From IMG/VR virus record IMGVR_UViG_3300028195_000002: a stretch of DNA of 60,585 bases; one strand, given 5' to 3'. The notes under the pieces are model-generated. The model was given only the letters and a program-made list of their open reading frames with translations, was not told where the DNA came from and searched no databases. Below are positions 8,573 to 16,600 of this stretch, one piece after another; the stretch's first letter is position 1, and every line of letters starts with the position of its first letter. The DNA comes from a virus. A program made the position numbers and the translations under genes.

Positions 8573-9400
8573 CTATGCGGTGGCTGCGCTTTTTTCAACG
8601 GATTGTTGATACCTGCCATCCGTGGCCTTATTCAGTGCTGCATGGAATCCTGCCCAACCCTTATCTTGCCCTATATAAATTTCTGCCGGCAATCCCCACC
8701 TGTTTTTTGCCCGGTATGCTGGTCGCTCTTCTGTATAGACCACCCTTTCTCCAGATCCGGTACCTCTTTTGACTTCTTTATTGAACCCGGTCTCTGTTTT
8801 TTTTACGACGGTTTTATAATTTGCAAACAAAACCATGTCTGCCCATTCCTGCCAGAATTCACTGGCCCTTTTATGCAGCTTAATTTGATACCGGTCATAT
8901 GGATCTGTCTCTGGGGGTGTATGGGTCTTAATCTCAGAATGGGCAACAAGGACGATGCTCATGCCTTTGTTTATCCGCAAGCTATCAAACCCGCCCTGTA
9001 GGTATCGCCACCAATCATCGACCATGGCGTATCCTTTCCCATATCCATAATCCTCTATATTGTTAATTTCAATCCCCTTGTCCGACAAAGGCCTTTCTTG
9101 TATCTGTTTTGCCCAGATTAGAGGTTCAAGCCAATCAAGAGAGTCCACAACCATTGTTCTATAGATATGGTCACCATGCAGTGCATTTATTACGGATTCC
9201 ATATCAGCAAAACTTTCTACCAATTGAGGGAAAGTGGGGACGTCGATAGCACAAGCTCCATCCTCAGTCCTCACCAGTATTGGGGCCTCAAAAGTTGAAC
9301 CAAACGTCGTTTTCCCCAAGCCCTGTGGACCGTAAAACACAATTTTTTGAGCCTTCCAGTCTAAATTTGCAGGGCAAATATTTCCAATTTCAAATGTCAT
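8573..9400 (-). CDS. AAA_24-type (Sak4-like) RecA-fold ATPase
   Basis: 275 aa. Walker A YGPQGLGKTTF, then MVVDSLD (Walker B-like). The size and context are typical of phage Sak4/AAA_24 proteins. Confidence 0.7.
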   Translation of the reverse strand: MTFEIGNICPANLDWKAQKIVFYGPQGLGKTTFGSTFEAPILVRTEDGACAIDVPTFPQLVESFADMESVINALHGDHIYRTMVVDSLDWLEPLIWAKQIQERPLSDKGIEINNIEDYGYGKGYAMVDDWWRYLQGGFDSLRINKGMSIVLVAHSEIKTHTPPETDPYDRYQIKLHKRASEFWQEWADMVLFANYKTVVKKTETGFNKEVKRGTGSGERVVYTEERPAYRAKNRWGLPAEIYIGQDKGWAGFHAALNKATDGRYQQSVEKSAATA

Positions 9401-9508
9401 TAAATCTCCTTTTTCCCCATTATTGTTATGTAGTAGGTATTTCTACCTATATACAAACCGACAAATTAAGTATAAAATTACACAAAATCTATTAAAAAAC
9501 CAATTGGG

Positions 9509-9522
9509 TTCCTTTTTGGGAA
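9509..9522. promoter_or_regulatory. Palindromic site TTCCTT-TT-TGGGAA
   Basis: Lies in the intergenic region upstream of the AAA_24 gene. The sequence is identical to the site at 56221-56234. Confidence 0.4.
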
Positions 9523-9582
9523 AGAAAGCCCGCAAAAAAATTCCACGGCAAATTCTCTATTTTTTGAGCAGAGAACACAGGA

Positions 9583-9978
9583 CTAACCCTTTCCTCTTCT
9601 TTCTCTCTCAAGCCGGATAAGCTCAATAACGTCAATTCCATCATCAAAAGCTGCCGTAACCTCCTTTCTAAGTTTTTTGTCTTCATAAAACTTCAGTGTG
9701 CCAATATATTTATCTTCTGCCTGGTTAAGATCTACCCCTTTTTGAATTTCAGATATGCTCACTATACCACTCCCTATGAATGCTGCCAAAAATGTTTCGT
9801 TAATTGGTCGATTGTATTTTTTAAAATTTTTAATTTCAGTCAATCTGTTTTGTGGGATTCCACACTTCTCCGAAATTTCTTTGTCTGTCCACCTTTCTAC
9901 CTTGCCTTTGTAGATAAGGGTGTTGCCAACAAAAACCGTTATTTTTTCGAATAAAAGCTTCAGTTCATTTTTTCTCAT
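9583..9978 (-). CDS. HTH transcriptional regulator (candidate lysogeny repressor)
   Basis: 131 aa with the HTH-like segment DKEISEKCGIPQNRLTEIKN. Divergent from the integrase, with a strong RBS (GGGAGGG). Confidence 0.5.
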   Translation of the reverse strand: MRKNELKLLFEKITVFVGNTLIYKGKVERWTDKEISEKCGIPQNRLTEIKNFKKYNRPINETFLAAFIGSGIVSISEIQKGVDLNQAEDKYIGTLKFYEDKKLRKEVTAAFDDGIDVIELIRLERERRGKG

Positions 9979-10043
9979 AACCTATTGCCCTCCCCGTTCT
10001 CTCTGCTTGAATTTTGTATTAGACTTTTCTTTCCCATAAATCC

Positions 10044-10072
10044 TATTTACAGAACAAAAAAAGACTTGTCAA
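10044..10072 (-). promoter_or_regulatory. Sigma70-like promoter for the regulator gene (TTGACA-17-TAAATA)
   Basis: Read on the minus strand, -35 is 10072-10067 and -10 is 10049-10044. Confidence 0.5.
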
Positions 10073-10089
10073 CTCTTTTCCCATTTTTT

Positions 10090-10103
10090 TTCCCAAAAAG
10101 GAA
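10090..10103. promoter_or_regulatory. Degenerate palindromic site TTCCCA-AA-AAGGAA
   Basis: Lies between the divergent promoters. Additional TTCCCA half-sites are at 10031-10036 and 10078-10083. Confidence 0.4.
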
Positions 10104-10107
10104 TCTC

Positions 10108-10136
10108 TTGACTTTTCCCATTTGGGAAACTATAAG
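10108..10136 (+). promoter_or_regulatory. Sigma70-like promoter upstream of integrase (TTGACT-17-TATAAG)
   Basis: -35 is 10108-10113 and -10 is 10131-10136. The perfect palindrome at 10115-10128 fills the spacer. Confidence 0.5.
10115..10128. promoter_or_regulatory. Palindromic operator-like site TTCCCA-TT-TGGGAA inside the promoter spacer
   Basis: Perfect inverted repeat, with the same sequence as 7768-7781. Confidence 0.55.
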
Positions 10137-10279
10137 GGTTAAAACGCTCTTTTTTGAGTGCATTAGCCAGTAAAAGATGGTTTCAACTTAATATACAAAG
10201 GAGTAACCCCTTGACATTTCCCAACAATTTACCCAAGATGGATGCAGGCAACAATTATTCTTTTGGGGAGGGACTTTGT

Positions 10280-11500
10280 ATGCAAGGTCGGATATACACC
10301 GAACAAAAATGTTTTTTTTGTGCCCAGAAAGGACAGCCGGGAAAATTAAACCATATAGAAGGCCGGGGCTTTCTGCAATGCCCCATCCACCTAGAAGTCA
10401 AATGGACAGGATTGTGCATTGTCCGGTTTGGCCGGTCCCATACTAAGCGATTTAAAACCGTAGAAAAAGGGGAAAGACATCTGACCTCTTTGAGATATCA
10501 ACTTGACCAGGGTAAAGTGTTTGATCAAAGGGAATGGGCAAAAACCCAACCGCTTTCCTTCCTGGCTTTGCGTGAAAAATTTTTAAAATCAAAAGACGTA
10601 AAAGACATTACAGATAAGCAGAAAGTCCACATCGGAATGGTTTTAGGTAAAGCCGGGGAAGAATGGGACCGGATGCAAATTAAAGATATTATGGAAAGTG
10701 AAATAGATGATTTTTTTATAAAAATAAAAAAAGGCAGGGGTAACAAAACCCTGGCAAATTATAAAACCGTTTTACATGATTTTTGGGCATGGGTTGTTAA
10801 GCGGGAAAAAAGAAAAAGCAAATTGGAAATGCCGGGGTTTCCAGACATCACATACAAATTGGGCTGGCGGACCATTGTTAAAATGGAAGACCAGAAAAAA
10901 ATTCTTGACGAATTGTGGGAGATTACTGAAAACGAAAACCCTCGTATTTGGTTGGGGGTTAAATTACTTTCCATGTATCCAAAAGTTCGCCCAGGTGAAA
11001 TGCGGGATATCAAAGAGGGGCATATAAATTTATCAGACGGTTGGATTTTTTTTCCTGACCCCAAGGAAGGGGACAAGGGGAAATTTGTCCATCTGGCCCC
11101 AAAGGATTGCCAATTGATCGAATCTTTATGGAATCCGAAAGGCTTGCCGGGTATGTTTTTTTTCCGGCATCTAAAATCAAAAAAAGGAACTAAGGCCGGC
11201 AAACGATTCGGCCCCAAATATTTTAAAGTTTGGTGGGATAAGGCATGTAAAAATGTAGGCATTGAAAACGTGGATTTATACGGCGGCACAAAACATTCAA
11301 CAGTCACGGCCCTTGGTCAACTTATGACCCCTGAACAAATTCAAAGGGGTGTAACCGGCCACGCTTCAGACGCTTTCAAAAGGTATATGTTACCGGACGT
11401 AAACGAGGCAATAATCGGTAACCAAAACGTGGCAAAGATCCAAGGGGGGACCGAACAACGACCGAACAACCTTTTGACCCTGGAAAAAAAGACTAACTAA
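10280..11500 (+). CDS. int: Tyrosine recombinase/integrase
   Basis: The C-terminal catalytic region has RPGEMRD, HLAP, GGTKHS, GHAS and FKRYM (R..H..R..H..Y pattern). ATG at 10280 is preceded by GGGGAGGG and is preferred over the track start at 10154. It is the only clear plus-strand gene. Confidence 0.8.
   Translation: MQGRIYTEQKCFFCAQKGQPGKLNHIEGRGFLQCPIHLEVKWTGLCIVRFGRSHTKRFKTVEKGERHLTSLRYQLDQGKVFDQREWAKTQPLSFLALREKFLKSKDVKDITDKQKVHIGMVLGKAGEEWDRMQIKDIMESEIDDFFIKIKKGRGNKTLANYKTVLHDFWAWVVKREKRKSKLEMPGFPDITYKLGWRTIVKMEDQKKILDELWEITENENPRIWLGVKLLSMYPKVRPGEMRDIKEGHINLSDGWIFFPDPKEGDKGKFVHLAPKDCQLIESLWNPKGLPGMFFFRHLKSKKGTKAGKRFGPKYFKVWWDKACKNVGIENVDLYGGTKHSTVTALGQLMTPEQIQRGVTGHASDAFKRYMLPDVNEAIIGNQNVAKIQGGTEQRPNNLLTLEKKTN
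11451..11471 (+). repeat. Tandem pair of CCGAACAAC(G/C), candidate integrase arm-type sites, left
   Basis: CCGAACAACG at 11451-11460 and CCGAACAACC at 11462-11471, at the 3' end of int. Confidence 0.4.
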
Positions 11501-11520
11501 TTGAAATCATTGCATAAAAT

Positions 11521-11550
11521 TGGTGGAGGCGGCGGGAGTTGAACCCGCCG
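11521..11550 (-). other. attP core candidate: 3' fragment of a tRNA/tmRNA gene (T-arm, acceptor 3' strand, CCA)
   Basis: The reverse complement reads GCGGG-TTCAACT-CCCGC-CGCCTCC-A-CCA. There is no matching 5' acceptor strand upstream, so it is only a fragment. It starts 21 nt downstream of the int stop. Confidence 0.6.
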
Positions 11551-11582
11551 CTATCCTTTATTACCAAGGGTTTTCAGAGTAA

Positions 11583-11603
11583 CCGAACAACGCCCGAACA
11601 ACG
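11583..11603 (+). repeat. Tandem pair of CCGAACAACG, candidate integrase arm-type sites, right
   Basis: CCGAACAACG at 11583-11592 and 11594-11603, on the other side of the tRNA-like core. Confidence 0.4.
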
Positions 11604-11663
11604 CTTTTATTAAAATCGTACCCATAAAATAGGACCACGGTTCAATTCCCGAAATCATAAAAA

Positions 11664-11701
11664 CCCCTCAAAAGAAACATGCTCTCTTGAGGGGTTTTTT
11701 A
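11664..11701. terminator. Bidirectional rho-independent terminator
   Basis: Stem CCCCTCAA/TTGAGGGG, flanked by an A5 run upstream and a T6 run downstream. Confidence 0.6.
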
Positions 11702-11720
11702 TGATCAATTATTAAAGCAC

Positions 11721-11990
11721 TCAGCCAGGTTCTAAAAGGGCTCTTCGGTTATTATATGCGATCCTATTTTCATCCTGAGTACTTGCGCTTATATCCGGCA
11801 AAAAGGCCGGTTCAATTTTAACGGTTTCCAGCCCTCCATGGCACTGGACATAAGGGCCGGCATTATAAGAAAAAAGCTTTTGATTTTCAATGGCCTCAAC
11901 GACCACTTTAGGGCCTGCCCTATTCCCTGGGAAAAGCAAAATAATCAATAAAAAAACGATAAAACCAATAAAACAATAAAATTTTTTCAA
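11721..11990 (-). CDS. Small secreted/membrane-anchored protein (possible lysogenic-conversion moron)
   Basis: 89 aa with an N-terminal hydrophobic signal-like segment, MKKFYCFIGFIVFLLIILLF. It lies between attP and the lysis genes, bounded by the terminator. Confidence 0.4.
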   Translation of the reverse strand: MKKFYCFIGFIVFLLIILLFPGNRAGPKVVVEAIENQKLFSYNAGPYVQCHGGLETVKIEPAFLPDISASTQDENRIAYNNRRALLEPG

Positions 11991-12061
11991 CTTTTTTTAA
12001 TCCTTTCCTTTTTGGGTTAACTTCTGGGAAAACATACCATAAAAAAATAGTTTATCAAAGT

Positions 12062-12550
12062 TTATTTTTTCTTCCAGGGCCATTTGAATTTCTTCTTCAT
12101 GGCCGGAATGGCCGGAGTATTGATAGCATTTGTCTTTACTTTTTTAATACCTTCAGCCGTCCTCATTGCCCCCAAGCCCAACATACCCATAATAATAGGA
12201 TATAATTCTGTAGCGTTTATAGTAGGCGGCTGATCAACGTCAGAAGGTATCCAGTTCTTTGCCTGGCACAAACACCATATCCATATTAAAAGAGGATGGA
12301 ATAAAAACTTATACCCCAGGGCAAAACCACCCACCCAACCGATAAAAGGCCGCCATCCTGCTACAAAAATTGATTTGTGTTCTGCTTCAACTTTATTAAT
12401 ATCCATCTGGCCAGCCTGTAATTTGGCATCAATTTCTTTTTCTTGCAGGTTTATAGACATTCTTTCTTCGTCTGACGTGAACATATCGTCCAGGATATTA
12501 CCGCCTGCTTTTATCACACTACCCAGATCCACATTGATTAATCCTGCCAT
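12062..12550 (-). CDS. Holin (3-TM, GTA-holin-like)
   Basis: 162 aa. N-terminal MAGLI...FTSDEER and a coiled region are followed by hydrophobic helices. The gene sits immediately downstream of the endolysin with overlapping stop/start. Confidence 0.6.
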   Translation of the reverse strand: MAGLINVDLGSVIKAGGNILDDMFTSDEERMSINLQEKEIDAKLQAGQMDINKVEAEHKSIFVAGWRPFIGWVGGFALGYKFLFHPLLIWIWCLCQAKNWIPSDVDQPPTINATELYPIIMGMLGLGAMRTAEGIKKVKTNAINTPAIPAMKKKFKWPWKKK

Positions 12551-13101
12551 TATTCAAGCCCTCCCTGTACCCGGTTTATCCATCCACACAAAAACTTTTG
12601 ATTACTAAAAAGCTTGTCTCGGGATCTGCGTTTGTCATTCATGCAAATATTTTTATACCGGAAAACTTTAAAAAGGCTGAAAGTAACAACAAAGATCCTC
12701 TCGTCTTTTTCATCTTCAAGCATTTCATTCATGCATTGGAATGTTTTGTTGCCAAGTATTCCATCCGGAGTTGCACCGATAACCCTTTGCATCATTCTGA
12801 TAGATGTTTTTAACCCGGCATTCACTGCAAAGGCATAAATATGGTAGGCGACGTCCTGGGCTCCGATATCATCACCCCGTATCCGGTCCCAGAACTCTTT
12901 TTTATAAAATCCCCGGACCATGCCCGTTAATTCTCCGTCAAGCTCCCCTGCATCAACCTTAAGCCACCCAGGCCATTGAGGCCAAAAGTTTCTTGCGATG
13001 CCAGCATATGTCATGCCGCCACGATCACCAGAGACGTCATGGAGCTTATAACCACCTTCTAATACCATCACTTTATCAAAACACGGTTTAAAATCTGCCA
13101 T
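12550..13101 (-). CDS. Endolysin, glycoside hydrolase family 108-like muramidase with PG-binding region
   Basis: 183 aa. The FDKVMVLEGGYKLHDVSGDRGGMTYAGI signature (EGGY...D.GG.T..GI) is typical of GH108. Confidence 0.75.
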   Translation of the reverse strand: MADFKPCFDKVMVLEGGYKLHDVSGDRGGMTYAGIARNFWPQWPGWLKVDAGELDGELTGMVRGFYKKEFWDRIRGDDIGAQDVAYHIYAFAVNAGLKTSIRMMQRVIGATPDGILGNKTFQCMNEMLEDEKDERIFVVTFSLFKVFRYKNICMNDKRRSRDKLFSNQKFLCGWINRVQGGLE

Positions 13102-13112
13102 TGTTTTCCCCT

Positions 13113-13295
13113 TTATTTTTTTTCAGGATAGGCAATCTGTTTAAAACTCAAACCCATAATCAAAAAGAGACAGGCCCAATATAAAAAACTTGCACTCTTA
13201 CCGAAAAACATGATGACCGGCACAAAATTAAGCAGTAAAAGCAAACAGCCAGACAGAAAAATAACTATAAATGTTTTCATTTCAAAACGCTCCAA
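13113..13295 (-). CDS. Small two-TM membrane protein (holin/antiholin or spanin-like)
   Basis: 60 aa, almost entirely hydrophobic, located in the lysis cassette. Confidence 0.45.
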   Translation of the reverse strand: MERFEMKTFIVIFLSGCLLLLLNFVPVIMFFGKSASFLYWACLFLIMGLSFKQIAYPEKK

Positions 13296-13593
13296 ATGCT
13301 TTTAATAGTGACGTTGTGGTTATTGTCGCCAACAAGGCAATAGCCAGCCATTGCCCGTTTAGCGTCGACTTTATAGACTCTCGCGGGCATTCTTTTTGGA
13401 ATTCTTTCATTTTAGTCACAACTCCATCTTTCGGGTTAAAGGCAAGATCATTGTTTTTAAATAAAGTTTTCACTTGTTTTTGTAAGGTAAGTATCTTTTC
13501 ATCCTGGCGGACCATTTTCGCCATTGCAACCTCTATATTAGAAAGTCGGTTTGCTTGTTCATCAAGCTTTTTCAGTATCAGTTCAGTAGACAT
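13282..13593 (-). CDS. Coiled-coil protein with C-terminal TM anchor (lysis-associated)
   Basis: 103 aa with the C-terminal segment WLAIALLATITTTSLL, adjacent to the lysis genes. Confidence 0.4.
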   Translation of the reverse strand: MSTELILKKLDEQANRLSNIEVAMAKMVRQDEKILTLQKQVKTLFKNNDLAFNPKDGVVTKMKEFQKECPRESIKSTLNGQWLAIALLATITTTSLLKAFGAF

Positions 13594-13602
13594 GAAATCC
13601 CT

Positions 13603-16600
13603 TTATAAATCTCTTAGCCGTTCTCGTTTAGGTGCTTTAACATTCCGCCTCATTGCATCTTTAATGCTTTTCTCAGTGATTAATAATCCAAGCCGGGTAA
13701 GTTTTTTATCCCTAATCTCGGAATTAAAATCACGGATATCCGCTTTAATTTTGAGAATATCATGCCGGCTACGTTTTTCAATTGTTTTGTTCATTGCGGC
13801 CTTGAACCGTTTGATAATCTCTGATTTTTTCGTCCTATATCGGGTCTGGGTTTTGTATTCTCCCCATTGGATTTCTTTTTTTGTGGAAACATTTGTCGGG
13901 TTAAAGGAGAGCATCCTTAAGATCATATCAATAGTATCTCCTTTCAACTGCTCCCTACCCCAAAAGACGGGAGAACCTGTCCTCGTTGTTACCCCTGTTG
14001 TAGATTCCCGGATACCTTTTGATATATTCGCTATAGCGGCAGGCGCCATCTTCTCAAATCCTTCTTGAAAATGGCCTTTTGTTATATTCTTGCCACCCTC
14101 AATCCAATCTGCCACGACAGAACCCGGAGCGCCAAAGATATCATAAAATGCGCTCGGTACTCCAAATCGAGTAGCTAAGGACCCCCGTAAATTCACGCCG
14201 TGATCCCCAATGCCCATGATACCATTTCTTGCAATATCGCCCATGCCAAAGGAAGATTCAGCCAGTTTGATTAAACCCTCTTCCGGATCATCTCCGCCCA
14301 GGACGTTGGAAATAGCTTTTGCCACCCCTATAGGCAGAGTTGCCCCGATCCCAAAAATAGCAGGAGCAAAGGCCATGTATGCCGCTGCCTTGTATTGTTT
14401 TTTATCCCATCCCAGGCGAAACATTTCTTGCATATAATTATGTTCAAACGTATGGAAAACATAGCTTGCCTGTAAAACCCGCCCGGCAAGATTCCCGCCC
14501 CTCATTTGATAAGGCCGGTTCGCCTTGGAATAATCACCATGGGCCTTATCAGAGATTTCTTTTGATTTCTCCATCATGGCTGCGTGATCCCATTCGCCCT
14601 TGTGCACCTCTTTCATGGCAAAATATGTGGCTGCAATGGTCGATGCCCGGTTTAATTCCTCTGCTTTGCCAAACATCCACATTGACTTTTCAAGAGCCCA
14701 ATTCCAACCCTTTCCAAGCTTTGAGGATAAAACGTCGAAAGCCTCCCTATTAAACACGGGGGCATCCCACCCTTTTAATTTAATTTCATCAAAGACGTTC
14801 TTTTGTTCTCCTTCAAGCTTATTAGCTCGGTGAAGACTAAAGTTTTTCATTGATCTAACTATGTGGCCAATTGCCTTTTTCAAAGAAACCTGATTGTCTG
14901 TTTCCCCATTCATTGCAGCCGGGACACCAAACGCCATGTTCGTCACATTAACGGCGGCGGAACTGACCCTTAATCCTAAATACTGCCAAACAGCAACCCC
15001 CTTTACCACGCCCAAAACCCTGTCTGCAAATTCTTCATTCCTGAGGATATCCTTTAAGGCTGCCGTTGCTTCTTTATGAGCCACTGCTTGAGTCTTTGCG
15101 TCAAGCTTTCTTTTATCGACAAGGGCAAGGTATTCTTCATAAAGGCCGGTTTTTGCCTGGGTAATGTTTTGCTGTATTTTTCTTGCTTTGGAAACATCCG
15201 ACCATTTCCCAAGAGTCTTTAATTTATCCTGTATTTTTTTAATCTGCCTTTGTTTGGTAATGATATAGTTAGGCGTAGGATTAAAATTAGATTCAAGATC
15301 CCTCCGGAGCCCTTGTAATTGTTTTAATAAATCCCCTTTTAGCTTTTCATCCGCCGGGGAATTTAGGTTTAACTCAGCGAGGTCTCCTTCAAGATCTTCT
15401 ACAGGGCCTTTCTTCTCTTCTTTAAAGTCTTTCCACTTGATATCTCTTCCTGATATGGCGGCGGAGCCCTCTTTCGCAATAATGGCCTTTGCTTTGCTGC
15501 CGGCAGCGGCCTGCATAGCTGACGTTATGGCCGTCACTGGATCAAGTTCATACCCCTGGACAACATCCATGCCTATCGAATCAGACCTTGCAAGCATCCT
15601 GGATCTTGCTCCCCGGCCTTTCAATATGGCATCGTATTGTTTCACCATGGCATCAGCAAAGGCCAAATCCATATCGACTTCAAGCCCGCCTGAATGTAGG
15701 ATAGCGCTTGTCACTTTTTGTTCAAATTCATAAGGGTCTTGCCCTTCGATGTCCTCAAAAGCAATCTCTGGACGATAAGTGTTTTTTAGCCACCGTTCTT
15801 TAAATTTTCCTCCCAGGTGTCTAACTGACTCTTCTATATCATCCTTGAGAGCGCCATATAATATAAAGGTATCTCCTTCCCATTTTGCTTTAATATTTGC
15901 ATCTTCAAGTATCCTTTGTTTGCCCTCATTGCTGATATCTTTCATGGCTTTGTTCAATATCTGCTGCTGTGCAAGGAGAGGTTCAAGGGATTGAAAAAGG
16001 TCTTCCGAAAGTTTTCCGACTTTTTCTATTTCAGTTTTAAACCCTTTCCTTTCGAGTCCTGCCCGATAAGCATTCGCTCCACCGGGAAGCCGACGAGTAT
16101 CAAAGAATTGCATTTGCTTTGCAGACCCTTTTTTATGCCCGATAACGCGCCATTTCCCGGAATTCCTTAGCCTGGGGAAGTAAGACCCCCTCAAGTCACC
16201 CATTCTTTCAGCGGCGGCCCTCAAATCTATTTGAGTGACCCCTTCTTCTGTCTGAATGGTTATTTGTGGTAACGGTTGACCTGCCTTTTCATATGCGGCG
16301 ATAGATTCTTCCAGATTTATGGCAAAATGATGATACAGGTTATGTGACATTTTCCTAAAAGCGATTAAAGCCTCCTGTCCTTCAGGGGAAAAGCCAGACT
16401 CTTCAGCCTCAATCAAAACTCCGTCTTCCCATGCGGCTTCTTTTGTGCCATATGTTCCTATGATTTTTCGAACGCCATTCTTTTTTTTCCAATGCAAAAG
16501 AGTGAATTCATCGTTGTCTTTTTTAACCAAAAAGCCTTTTTTCTCGATATCCCTTTGGGTCAAATATTCTTTGATCTCGGCATATTCTTCTTTGTGCTTT

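Noticed and set aside
10759-11307. A 182-aa minus-strand ORF within the integrase gene.
   Set aside because: It is antisense to a gene with clear tyrosine-recombinase motifs, and it has no start context and an unusual composition.
11631-11660. A second tRNA-like element, suggested by GGTTCAATTCC on the plus strand.
   Set aside because: The flanking bases do not form a T-stem, and there is no acceptor or anticodon arm. It is probably a chance match or a decayed remnant.
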